Shown here piece by piece: positions 48,761 through 57,353 of a DNA stretch of 64,000 nucleotides. The stretch is from Acidobacteriota bacterium (GTDB taxonomy: Bacteria > Acidobacteriota > Vicinamibacteria > Vicinamibacterales > UBA2999). The stretch spans positions 8,682-72,681 of the forward strand of contig JANMDX010000256.1 in the NCBI GenBank assembly GCA_031376505.1. The letters run 5' to 3'. The number at the start of each line of letters is the position of its first letter. The stretch's first letter is position 1. Position numbers and translations under genes: made by a program. A model generated the notes under the pieces. That model was not told where the DNA came from. It searched no databases and saw nothing but the letters and a program-made list of their open reading frames with translations.

Positions 48761-50833
48761 ATGAACTCTCCGTCATCCGAACGCCGAACCGTCTGGACCC
48801 AGGCATCTATTCGGCGGCTGTCGCTCTGCGCGCTGCTGGTGGCTGTGGGCCTCGGTGCTTTCTCGACCGATGCATCCGCGCAGCGCCGCTTCAAGCCCAC
48901 TCGCTCCGACGAGGTCAAGTTCGACCGACTCCTGCAAGACGTCGCGGGCGACGACGACACCGTCCCGGTCATCGTTGAATTCAACGACGAGTCGGGCGCG
49001 GACCGACTCGTCGCGGCAAGCGGCGGCAACCAGGGCAAGCGCCTCGGCGGCATGCGCGGCCGCACGACCCGCATGTCAAAACGCATGCTGCGCCGGCTCG
49101 CGGCGAGCGGCGCGGTGAAGCGCGTGCACTACGACCGTCCGGTCGAGGCGCTGCTGGGCCGCACGGCTGCGACCATCGGCGCCCTCACGGTACAGCAGCG
49201 CATGGGCTACAGGGGCGCTGGTATCGGCGTGGCCGTCATTGACTCGGGCGTCACGCCCAACCACGACGATCTCCGGTATGCCGGCAGCACCACCCAGCGC
49301 GTCTCGAAGTTCGTGGATTTCGTGGGCACGGGCACGTCGGCCTACGACGACTGGGGTCATGGCACACACGTGGCGGGAATCATTGCCGGCAACGGCTATG
49401 ACAGCTACGGCGTGCGCACGGGCGTGGCGCCAGACGCCACGATCGTATCGCTGAAGGCGCTCGACGGCTACGGCCGGGGCCGCGTCAGCATGATCATCGC
49501 GGCGCTCGACTGGGCCGTGGCAAACCGCGCGGCCTACAACATCCGCGTGATCAACATGTCGCTCGGCGCGGGGGTGTTCGAGTCGTACAAGACCGACCCG
49601 CTCACGCTGGCCGCCAAGCGCGCCGTCGACGCGGGCATCGTGGTCGTGGCCGCGGCCGGCAACATCGGCAGGGACGCCAACGGCAACGCGCAGTATGGCG
49701 CCATCACGGCGCCGGGCAACGCGCCGTGGGTGCTCACGGTGGGTGCCGCCGACGGCAAGGGCAACCTGTTTCGCGGCGACGACGAGGTCGCCCCCTACAG
49801 CTCGCGCGGGCCCACCGCGCACGACTTCGCCGCCAAACCCGATCTGGTCGCGCCCGGCACGGGCGTGGCGTCGCTTGCGAGCCCAGGCAGCAAGATGTAC
49901 GTGGAGAAGCCACAGTTCCTGCTGGCCGGCAGCCGGTCCACGCAGTTCAAGCCGTACCTGACGTTGAGCGGCACGAGCATGGCCGCGCCGGCCGTGGCCG
50001 GCACGGTGGCCCTGATGCTGCAGGCCAATCCCAATCTGACACCGAACCTGGTGAAGGCGCTGCTGCAATACACGGCCCAAGCCAAGCAGGGCGTCGACCT
50101 GCTCACGCAGGGCGCCGGCTTCTTGAACGCGCGCGGCGCGGTCACGCTGGCTGAGTATTTTCGCACCGGCCGGCCGGGCAGCCGATATCCCCATTCGGGT
50201 TCGTGGAGCCGCCACATCGTATGGGGCAACCACGTCATCACGGGCGGCGTGATTGCACCCTTCGCCAATGCCTGGGCCACCAACATCGTGTGGGGCGAGA
50301 GCCAGACGTCGGCCGGCCAGAACATCGTGTGGGGTGAAGCCTGCGGCGGACCGTGCGCAAACGTCACCTGGGGCTCCAACATCGTGTGGGGCGAGAACAT
50401 CGTCTGGGGTGAAGACATCGTCTGGGGCCTCGACGACAACATCGTGTGGGGCGAGAACATCGCCTGGGGCATGGACGACAACATCGTCTGGGGTGAAAAC
50501 GTGGTGTGGGGAATGGACTGCGGCGCCGCCAATTGCGCCAACGTGGTCTGGGGACAGCACACCGGCGCGTCGGGCTTGAACGTCGTCTGGGGCATGGCCG
50601 AGGGCCTCAACGTGGTCTGGGGCAACAACATCGTCTGGGGCGAGAACATCGTGTGGGGTGAAAGCACCGACCCCGACGCCTCGTGGGGCAGTTCCGGCAC
50701 CGACGCAGCCGTCTACGGCGACGAATCAGCCGAGATTCTCGCCTTCGACCCCTTGGCCTGGGACGCCGCGAACAATCCCGACCTGCCGGATGCTCTGACG
50801 ACGGGCACGACCCCGAACGGAGGCAGCTTCTAA
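48761..50833 (+). CDS. Secreted S8 (subtilisin-family) serine peptidase with C-terminal VWG-repeat domain
   Basis: Signal peptide; I9-like propeptide (VPVIVEFND...); catalytic triad contexts VAVIDSGV (Asp), HGTHVAG (His), SGTSMAAP (Ser). Confidence 0.9.
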   Translation: MNSPSSERRTVWTQASIRRLSLCALLVAVGLGAFSTDASAQRRFKPTRSDEVKFDRLLQDVAGDDDTVPVIVEFNDESGADRLVAASGGNQGKRLGGMRGRTTRMSKRMLRRLAASGAVKRVHYDRPVEALLGRTAATIGALTVQQRMGYRGAGIGVAVIDSGVTPNHDDLRYAGSTTQRVSKFVDFVGTGTSAYDDWGHGTHVAGIIAGNGYDSYGVRTGVAPDATIVSLKALDGYGRGRVSMIIAALDWAVANRAAYNIRVINMSLGAGVFESYKTDPLTLAAKRAVDAGIVVVAAAGNIGRDANGNAQYGAITAPGNAPWVLTVGAADGKGNLFRGDDEVAPYSSRGPTAHDFAAKPDLVAPGTGVASLASPGSKMYVEKPQFLLAGSRSTQFKPYLTLSGTSMAAPAVAGTVALMLQANPNLTPNLVKALLQYTAQAKQGVDLLTQGAGFLNARGAVTLAEYFRTGRPGSRYPHSGSWSRHIVWGNHVITGGVIAPFANAWATNIVWGESQTSAGQNIVWGEACGGPCANVTWGSNIVWGENIVWGEDIVWGLDDNIVWGENIAWGMDDNIVWGENVVWGMDCGAANCANVVWGQHTGASGLNVVWGMAEGLNVVWGNNIVWGENIVWGESTDPDASWGSSGTDAAVYGDESAEILAFDPLAWDAANNPDLPDALTTGTTPNGGSF
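50213..50689 (+). repeat. About 16 irregularly spaced coding repeats with core N-[IV]-[VTA]-W-G
   Basis: HIVWG, NIVWGE, NIVWGE, NVTWG, NIVWGENIVWGEDIVWG, NIVWGENIAWG, NIVWGENVVWG, NVVWG, NVVWG, NVVWGNNIVWGENIVWGE. Confidence 0.85.
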
Positions 50834-51495
50834 TGGAGAAGATGCCGTACTCCGAAGCACTGCACGCGTCGCTGCCGGCCATGGAGTTCCCGGTCGCCCA
50901 CGACGTCGCCTCGACCGATTGGCGTCAACAGTTGCCAGTGCTGGCAGCCGGCGCGGTCACGCTGCGGGCGATGCGCATCGAAGACGCCGAGTCGCTCTGC
51001 CAACTGCTCACGACGGCGGAAGTGGCCCGCTTCGTCTCGCCGCCTCCCTCGACGGTTGAGGGGTTCCGCCGCTTCATCGCATGGGCGGGTCGCGAACAGG
51101 CCGCCGGCAAGTATGCGTGCTTCGCGGTGGTGCCAGCGGGCACTGACACGGCCGTGGGCCTCTTCCAGGTGCGCCAGCTCGACTCGGAGTTCCAGAATGC
51201 CGAGTGGGGTTTCGTGATCGGCTCGCCCTACTGGGGCACCGGCCTGTTTGCCGAGGGCGCACAACTGGTCGTCGACTTCGCGGTCGACACGATCGGCGTG
51301 AACCGTCTGGAAGCCCGGGCGGCCGTGCCAAACGGGCGAGGTAACGGCGCCCTGGCCAAAGTGGGCGCCGTGCGCGAGGCTCTGCTGCGCCAGTCGTTCG
51401 AGCGCAATGGACAGCGCTACGACCAGCACCTCTGGTCGATTCTGGCCTCGGACTGGCGCGCGGCGCGTCAGGTCACCTCCGCCTCCGTGCACTAG
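50833..51495 (+). CDS. GNAT-family N-acetyltransferase (RimJ/RimL-like)
   Basis: VTLRAMRIEDAESLCQLL..., FAVVP....VGLFQVR..., IGSPYWGTGLF, NRLEARAAV.N.RGNGALAKVGA. The ATG at 50833 overlaps the protease stop (TAATG). Confidence 0.8.
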   Translation: MEKMPYSEALHASLPAMEFPVAHDVASTDWRQQLPVLAAGAVTLRAMRIEDAESLCQLLTTAEVARFVSPPPSTVEGFRRFIAWAGREQAAGKYACFAVVPAGTDTAVGLFQVRQLDSEFQNAEWGFVIGSPYWGTGLFAEGAQLVVDFAVDTIGVNRLEARAAVPNGRGNGALAKVGAVREALLRQSFERNGQRYDQHLWSILASDWRAARQVTSASVH

Positions 51496-51523
51496 CCGTC
51501 GGTCGTCAATCAACGCCACGGAT

Positions 51524-51557
51524 CGGCCGTGCTGCATGGGCAGCACGGCCGTTTCTG
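51524..51557 (+). terminator. Rho-independent terminator after the GNAT gene
   Basis: Perfect 12-bp stem CGGCCGTGCTGC-ATGG-GCAGCACGGCCG followed by TTTCTG, 29 nt after the stop. Confidence 0.65.
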
Positions 51558-51652
51558 CGTACGAGGCGGTGCCCTCCGCGTCATCGTTTGTAACGGTGAC
51601 AGGCCCAGAGACAACTCGTTACGCGTCCGCGGTTGGTGACGGTCTCCTCGGT

Positions 51653-54022
51653 GTGGTCCAATGGAGGCTTCTCGTGGCCGTCCCATCCCGCGTTCTCCGT
51701 GTCTCTCTCGTGTGGTCCGCGCTGGCAAGCGTCGGCATGATGAGCGCGCAGATGGCATCGGCGCAAACGGTGGCCGAGAAAGCCAGCCCCGAGACCGCTC
51801 AGACCGAGATTCTGGTCCGCGACGGGACAGGCAAAGCCACCATCCGCGCCACGAGAATCGCCGAGAAAGACTTCACACTCGACGGGCGGCTCGACGAGGC
51901 GATCTATTCCTCGGTGGCTCCGCTCACCGGCTTTGTCCAGCAGGAACCCGACGAAGGCGCGCCCGCCACCGAGAAGACCGAAGCATGGATCTTCTTCGAC
52001 GACAAGAACGTCTACGTCGCCGCCCGCCTGTATGAATCCGAGCCTGGCCGGCGCGTGCAGAGCGAGATGCGGCGTGACTCATTCAACATCAGCAGCAACG
52101 ACCATGTGGCCGTGGTGTTCGACACGTTCAACGACGCGCGCAATGGCTTCGGCTTCGCGGCCAACCGCCTTGGCGGGATGTTCGACTGGGCGACCACCAA
52201 CGAGCAGCCCAGTCCCAACTGGAATGGGTTGTGGTCGTCGAAGGCCGAGGACTTCGACGGCGGCTGGACGATCGAGATGCGCGTGCCCTTCCGCTCGATC
52301 CGCTTCAAGGAAGGCAGCAACACGTGGGGCGTGAACATGCGCCGCATGGTCCGCTTCAAGAACGAAACGTCGTACCTGAACGCGGTGCCCCGGTCATGGG
52401 GACGCCGTGGCCTCAACAAACTCTCGAACGCCGCGTCCCTCGTAGGGCTGGCGACGCCGAAGCGTTCGATCAACCTTGACGTGAAGCCGTACGCGCTTGG
52501 CTCCGTGCTGACCAACCGCGCCGCAACGCCGGCATTCAACGACAAGGGCGACGCCAACTTCGGCGTGGACGCCAAGTGGGGCGTGACGCAGCAGTTCGTG
52601 GCCGACTTCACGTACAACACCGACTTCGCCCAGGTGGAGGACGACGACGCGCAGGTGAACCTCACGCGCTTCTCGCTGTTTTTTCCTGAGAAGCGCGAGT
52701 TCTTTCTCGAGGGCCAGGATGCGTTTGCGTTCGGCGGCGTCGGGGGCGGGGGTGGGGGCGGTGGTGGCGGGGGCGGTGGCGGGGGCGGCGGGGGTGGTGG
52801 CGGCGGCGGGGGTGGCGGCGGCGGGGGCGGAGCCAACAACCTGACGCCGATCTTGTTCTATAGCCGGCGGATCGGCCTCGGCGGCGGCACCGTCGTGCCG
52901 ATCATCGGCGGAGCCCGTGTGCTCGGCCGGAGCGGTGGCTGGCAGGTGGGCGCGTTGTCGATGGAAACCAACGACGTGCCGTCGGCCGGCGTGCCGCTGA
53001 CGAACTTTTCTGTGCTGCGCGTAAACCGCGACGTACTGCGCCGCAGCCGCATCGGCATGGTCGCCACGAGCCGGAACCCGTCGGCGGGGAACTCCGCCAA
53101 CAACTACTCAGCGGGCGTCGATGCCCAGTTCAACGTCAGAAGCAACGTCTTCATCAACACCTACTGGGCCCGCACGCAGACCAGCGGCAAGACCGGCAGT
53201 GAGCAGAGCTACCGCGGCCGCTTCGACTGGAACGGGGACCGGTACGGTGCCAACATGGAACACCTCTTCGTGGGCGAGGGGTTCAATCCCGAAGTGGGCT
53301 TCATGCGCCGGTCAGCGTTTCGCCGTTCCTTCGGCCAGATGCGGTTCAGCCCGCGCCCGAAGAACTTGCCTGGCGTGCGCAAGCTGTCCTATCAGGCCAG
53401 CGCCGACTACATCACGGCGGCGTCCAGCGGCCGAGTGGAGTCGGAGGAATACCAAGGCACCTTCAACGCCGAACTGAACAGCGGCGACTTCATCAGCGCG
53501 GAAGTGACCCAGGCCTACGAGGGGCTGTTGGCGCCATTCACGGTCGCCCCTGGCGTCGTCGTGCCGATCGGCGGATACCGCTTCACCCAGAACAAGGTGT
53601 CGTATTTCATGGGCGGCCAGCGGCGCATCAGTGGCGGGATCACCGCGCTCCGCGGCGGCTTCTACAACGGCACGCTCACGGAGATGACGTGGCGCGGACG
53701 CGTGGAGTTCACGTCGCAGATCTATGCCGAGCCGACACTTTCGTGGAACCGCGTGGAAGGCCCGTACGGCAACGGCAACAGCAATCTGGCGGGCACGCGA
53801 CTCACCTACACGGTGACACCCCGCATGTTCGCGGCCGCACTGGTGCAGTACCAGTCGCGCACCCAGTCGATGAGCACCAACCTGCGCTTCCGGTGGGAAT
53901 ATCAGCCGGGCAGCGAATTGTTCGTCGTCTACAGCGACGGACGCACGACGGCCAACCCCGGATACCCGGATCTCGAGAACCGCTCGGTCGTCGTGAAGCT
54001 GACGAAGCTGTTCCGCAGGTAG
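51653..54022 (+). CDS. CBM9-like + DUF5916-like outer-membrane/secreted protein
   Basis: DGRLDEAIYSSVAPLTGFVQQEPDEGAPATEKTEAWIFFDDKNVYVAARL...DHVAVVFDTFND.RNGFGF matches the CBM9-like N-domain of this family. The C-terminal half is beta-rich. Start set at GTG 51653, after the terminator (signal-like RLLVAVPSRVLRVSLVWSALASVGMMSAQMASA). The track start 51407 is rejected. Confidence 0.75.
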   Translation: MVQWRLLVAVPSRVLRVSLVWSALASVGMMSAQMASAQTVAEKASPETAQTEILVRDGTGKATIRATRIAEKDFTLDGRLDEAIYSSVAPLTGFVQQEPDEGAPATEKTEAWIFFDDKNVYVAARLYESEPGRRVQSEMRRDSFNISSNDHVAVVFDTFNDARNGFGFAANRLGGMFDWATTNEQPSPNWNGLWSSKAEDFDGGWTIEMRVPFRSIRFKEGSNTWGVNMRRMVRFKNETSYLNAVPRSWGRRGLNKLSNAASLVGLATPKRSINLDVKPYALGSVLTNRAATPAFNDKGDANFGVDAKWGVTQQFVADFTYNTDFAQVEDDDAQVNLTRFSLFFPEKREFFLEGQDAFAFGGVGGGGGGGGGGGGGGGGGGGGGGGGGGGGGGANNLTPILFYSRRIGLGGGTVVPIIGGARVLGRSGGWQVGALSMETNDVPSAGVPLTNFSVLRVNRDVLRRSRIGMVATSRNPSAGNSANNYSAGVDAQFNVRSNVFINTYWARTQTSGKTGSEQSYRGRFDWNGDRYGANMEHLFVGEGFNPEVGFMRRSAFRRSFGQMRFSPRPKNLPGVRKLSYQASADYITAASSGRVESEEYQGTFNAELNSGDFISAEVTQAYEGLLAPFTVAPGVVVPIGGYRFTQNKVSYFMGGQRRISGGITALRGGFYNGTLTEMTWRGRVEFTSQIYAEPTLSWNRVEGPYGNGNSNLAGTRLTYTVTPRMFAAALVQYQSRTQSMSTNLRFRWEYQPGSELFVVYSDGRTTANPGYPDLENRSVVVKLTKLFRR
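52742..52831 (+). repeat. 30 consecutive glycine codons (mixed GGC/GGG/GGT/GGA), G-run-rich DNA
   Basis: Read codon by codon in frame. Preceded by GGC GGC GTC and followed by GCC AAC AAC. Several G5 runs (GGGGGCGGGGGTGGGGGC...). Confidence 0.95.
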
Positions 54023-54085
54023 CTCGCCTCACGCGCGGCCGCCGCGCTGTTCCGCAGGTAGCTCGCCTCACACGCGGCCGCCGCG
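54008..54085. repeat. Tandem 39-bp duplication (2 copies, 1 mismatch) spanning the stop codon of 51653..54022
   Basis: CTGTTCCGCAGGTAGCTCGCCTCACGCGCGGCCGCCGCG / CTGTTCCGCAGGTAGCTCGCCTCACACGCGGCCGCCGCG. Confidence 0.95.
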
Positions 54086-54096
54086 CCGGGCGCCCC

Positions 54097-56499
54097 TCAG
54101 CCGCACACGTCGTGGAGCGCCTGTTCCAGCACGCCGAGCAGTACATCGGCGTGCGCGCGCGCAAAGGTCATCGGCGGCCGCAGCTTGATGACGTTCTCGT
54201 GCGGGCCGTCGGTGCCCATCAGCACGCCCAATTCGACGGCGCGCTGGACCACGGCCGAAGCGGTGGCGCCGTCGTGTGCCTTGGTGCGCCGGTCGGCCAC
54301 GAACTCGATGCCGAAGAACAGACCCCGCCCGCGCACGTCGCCGATGCGCGGAAAACGATCGACCAGGCGGCGGATGCCATGAAGGATGTAGTCGCCCTGC
54401 ACGCGGGCGTTCTCGAGCAGATGCTCCTGCTCCAGCACGTCGAGCACGGCCAGCCCCACGGCCGACGACACCGAGTTGCCTCCAAACGTGTTGAAGTACT
54501 CCATGCCGTTGGCAAACGCCTCGGCGAGCGCTTGTGTGGTGGCCACGACTGCCAAGGGATGCCCCGCACCCGCAGGCTTTCCCATCGTCACGATGTCGGG
54601 CACGACCTCATGCTCCGTGAAGGCCCACATGCTCGTGCCCACGCGCCCAAAACCCACCTGCACCTCGTCGGCGATGCAAAGGCCGCCGGCCGCGCGGACG
54701 GCTGCGTAGACCTCGCGCAGATAGCCGGACGGCAGGAACACCTGGCCGCCGACGCTCGGAATCGTCTCGGCGATGAACGCCGCAGGCGCCCAGCCCGTGG
54801 CGAGTGCTTCCGACAGCACACGGCGCGCCTTCGCCGCGAACCGCGCGCCCATCTCGAAGGCGGGCCAGTCGTCGGGCGCGCGATACGGTTCTGGTAGCGG
54901 TAGCTGGCACACGAAGTCGGGCCGGCCCTTGCCGCCCTTCGGCGTGTACTTGTAGGGACTGATCTCGATGAGCGCCTGCGTGTGGCCGTGGTACGCCCAG
55001 TCCAGTACCGCCATGCCGTGGCGACCCGTGGCCGTGCGCGCGATGCGCAGCGCCAGGTCGTTGGCCTCGCTGCCCGAGTTGCAGAAGAACAGGCAGTCGA
55101 GCCCGGCCGGTAGCGTGGCAGCCAGACGCTCGGCATAGCGCACGACGTTTTCGTGCAGATACCTCGTGTTGGTGTTGAGCACCGCGGCCTGGGTCGCAAG
55201 GGCCGCGACGACCTTTGGATGGCAGTGCCCGACATGTGCCACGTTGTTGAAGCAGTCGAGGTACTGGCGACCCTGCGCATCGATGAGCCACACGTCGTCG
55301 CCGCGTACGATGTGCAGCGGCGTGCGGTACGACAGGCTGAGATTCTTGCCCATGTGCACGCGCCGGGCAGCCAGCAGCGCGGTGGCGTCCCGGGACGGGG
55401 ACACCGGCAGCCCTTGCCGACACGAGCGCTTCAGGGCGTTTACAAACGAGACGCGGTCGGTCGATGCCATCCACCGTAGCAACTCCCACGCCGGAGCTTC
55501 GCTGACAAATAGATACGGGTCGTTCGAGGTCGCCTGCCGCATCGCCGACACGGTGACGCTGATGCACAGCCGTCCCGCGATCAGGTCGAAGAGCACGTCG
55601 AGCTCGGCGTCGAGCAGCGGCATCTCGGCGTGGTAACCGGCTACAACCGCCGAAGCTGCTTCTACAGGGGTGTGACTCCAATGGCCAGACTCGTGCGAAC
55701 GATCCGTGGCACCGGGGCCGGGCGCCGGCAGCATTGCGTAGGCGCACGCCACGGCGACCTCAGCCACGAGCGGCGCGAACACGGCGTCGCCCACGTCGAT
55801 GAGCCCGCTGACCCCGCCCGTCGCGGGGTCGACGAGCACGTTCCAGTCGTTGGCGTCGTTGTGGATCACCTGATGACGCAGGTGGGGCAAGGCCGGTACG
55901 ACCCGCGTGTCGAAGCCGTCGAGCAACGCGCTGACGAGGGCGCGCCGCTCCGGGTCGCGCACCGCGTCGAGCCTCGCGTGCGACCTCGGCACGGCCTGGA
56001 TGTGCCAATCGAAGTCCCGGAACGCGCCTGGATGGCCGAAGCTGGCGAGCGCGCGATCGAGACGGCCAAGGACGCGCCCAAGCCCCCGGAGCATGTCCGG
56101 AGTCTGCGCGACCTGCGCGAAGGGAGTGCCTGGCAGATAGCTGACCAGGCGCACGGCATGACGCTCGCCGGTGAGTCCTTCGACTTCACCGAAGTCGCGC
56201 CGGTCGGCGAGGGCGACGACCCGTGGCAGCGGCAGCGCCGGGTCGACGGCCTGTGCGTGGCGCAGCAGCGCCGTCTGAAACGCCATGGCAGTGGCCGGCT
56301 CGGCCGCATTCACGATCTTCAACGTGAACTCGCCGTGTGCGGCGCGCACGTGAAAGTTCTGGTCGCGCTCGCTGTCGAGCGGCGCCAACACGCCGTCGAT
56401 GCCGAAGTGCGACGCGAGCAGGGCGCGAGCCGCGGCTTCCGTGAAGCCCGGACGGGGGTGGTGAATCAGAGAAGCGGGAGGAGGCGGAGTCGAAGACAT
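54097..56499 (-). CDS. Fusion protein: aminoglycoside-phosphotransferase-like kinase domain + class-III aminotransferase-fold domain (AGXT2L/phospho-lyase-like)
   Basis: The N-half has the APH catalytic loop VIHNDANDWNVLV and GLIDVGDA. The C-half has class-III motifs and the PLP-Lys context DIVTMGKPAGAGHPLA. Start at ATG 56499 (MSSTPPPPASL). Confidence 0.85.
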   Translation of the reverse strand: MSSTPPPPASLIHHPRPGFTEAAARALLASHFGIDGVLAPLDSERDQNFHVRAAHGEFTLKIVNAAEPATAMAFQTALLRHAQAVDPALPLPRVVALADRRDFGEVEGLTGERHAVRLVSYLPGTPFAQVAQTPDMLRGLGRVLGRLDRALASFGHPGAFRDFDWHIQAVPRSHARLDAVRDPERRALVSALLDGFDTRVVPALPHLRHQVIHNDANDWNVLVDPATGGVSGLIDVGDAVFAPLVAEVAVACAYAMLPAPGPGATDRSHESGHWSHTPVEAASAVVAGYHAEMPLLDAELDVLFDLIAGRLCISVTVSAMRQATSNDPYLFVSEAPAWELLRWMASTDRVSFVNALKRSCRQGLPVSPSRDATALLAARRVHMGKNLSLSYRTPLHIVRGDDVWLIDAQGRQYLDCFNNVAHVGHCHPKVVAALATQAAVLNTNTRYLHENVVRYAERLAATLPAGLDCLFFCNSGSEANDLALRIARTATGRHGMAVLDWAYHGHTQALIEISPYKYTPKGGKGRPDFVCQLPLPEPYRAPDDWPAFEMGARFAAKARRVLSEALATGWAPAAFIAETIPSVGGQVFLPSGYLREVYAAVRAAGGLCIADEVQVGFGRVGTSMWAFTEHEVVPDIVTMGKPAGAGHPLAVVATTQALAEAFANGMEYFNTFGGNSVSSAVGLAVLDVLEQEHLLENARVQGDYILHGIRRLVDRFPRIGDVRGRGLFFGIEFVADRRTKAHDGATASAVVQRAVELGVLMGTDGPHENVIKLRPPMTFARAHADVLLGVLEQALHDVCG

Positions 56500-56512
56500 C
56501 GCTGATGACCGC

Positions 56513-57220
56513 CTAATACCGGATGTCGCGGCGGCCCACGCTCTGGCCAATGTGCCCAACCTTCTGCCCGAGCGTGAAGAACTCGCCGCAGCCGGCCGCC
56601 ATGCCGAAAAACGCCGCGGATTCAGGACGCAGCCGGCCGTCGGCGTCGCAGATGCCGTCGTGCACGGTCGTCGCCACGACCTCCGCCACAAACAGCGTGC
56701 GCATCGGCGGCACGCGCAGTGTGTGCAGCAGCCGGCATTCGAGTTGAATCGGCGCCTCGTTCACCGTGGGCGCATTCACGACCGCCGCCTGGCCGCGCGT
56801 GAAGCCCGACTTGGCGAACTTGTCGGCGGGCTTGCCCGAGCTGAAGTCGATGACGTCGAAGCCATGAATCATCGAGGCGGTCGGCACGTTGAGCACGAAC
56901 TCCTTGTGGAGCGCGATCAACCCGCCGGCGATGTGCTCGTCACCGGCCGCAACGCCGATTTGAGCGGGATCGCCGTTGACCACAAACGTCCAGAGCACCG
57001 ACAGCTCGTCGGGATCGCCGGGCTTCCCGCGCACGCTCGTGATGACGGCCTGCGACGGCGGCAGCATCGGGCCCGGCTTGGCCAGAGAGGCACGGGTGCG
57101 GCCGGCGGCCTGCTCGCCCGCCTCCCGGACGGCCGGCCCGGCGGCAAGGGCCGACCTGGCGGCGAGCAGAGCAAGGGCGGGTTGGGCAAGAAACACGCGG
57201 CGAGGCGGTAGATGGTCCAT
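56513..57220 (-). CDS. Flavin-reductase-like (FMN-binding split-barrel) protein with Tat-type signal
   Basis: N-terminus MDHLPPRRVFLAQPALALLAARSALAAGP (RR-x-F-L twin-arginine pattern). Core ...VITSVRGKPGDPDELSVLWTFVVNGDP....NVPT...; start at ATG 57220. Confidence 0.65.
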   Translation of the reverse strand: MDHLPPRRVFLAQPALALLAARSALAAGPAVREAGEQAAGRTRASLAKPGPMLPPSQAVITSVRGKPGDPDELSVLWTFVVNGDPAQIGVAAGDEHIAGGLIALHKEFVLNVPTASMIHGFDVIDFSSGKPADKFAKSGFTRGQAAVVNAPTVNEAPIQLECRLLHTLRVPPMRTLFVAEVVATTVHDGICDADGRLRPESAAFFGMAAGCGEFFTLGQKVGHIGQSVGRRDIRY

Positions 57221-57353
57221 GGGTCCCGGGGGTAAACGCGCGGGCGGAGGCGCGAGGAAGTATCGCATGGGCCAATGGGCACAACCTTTTCGTCATCGAA
57301 TCCGTCTATGTTGTCGATTAGCGAGAGAAGAGGCTATTTGAGAGCGAAAACAC

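Noticed and set aside
51407-51652. N-terminal extension of track ORF 51407..54022
   Set aside because: It overlaps the 3' end of the GNAT gene and runs through a perfect 12-bp-stem terminator (51524-51557). Family similarity and a signal-like segment begin after 51653.
52012-52839. Minus-strand ORF starting with a long poly-proline run
   Set aside because: It is the mirror image of the poly-Gly codon run in the plus-strand CBM9/DUF5916-like gene. The rest of its translation is not protein-like.
57276-57291. TGGGCACAACCTTTTC upstream of the PadR gene
   Set aside because: It has a good GGCAC -24 element, but the -12 position reads TTTC and lacks the essential GC.
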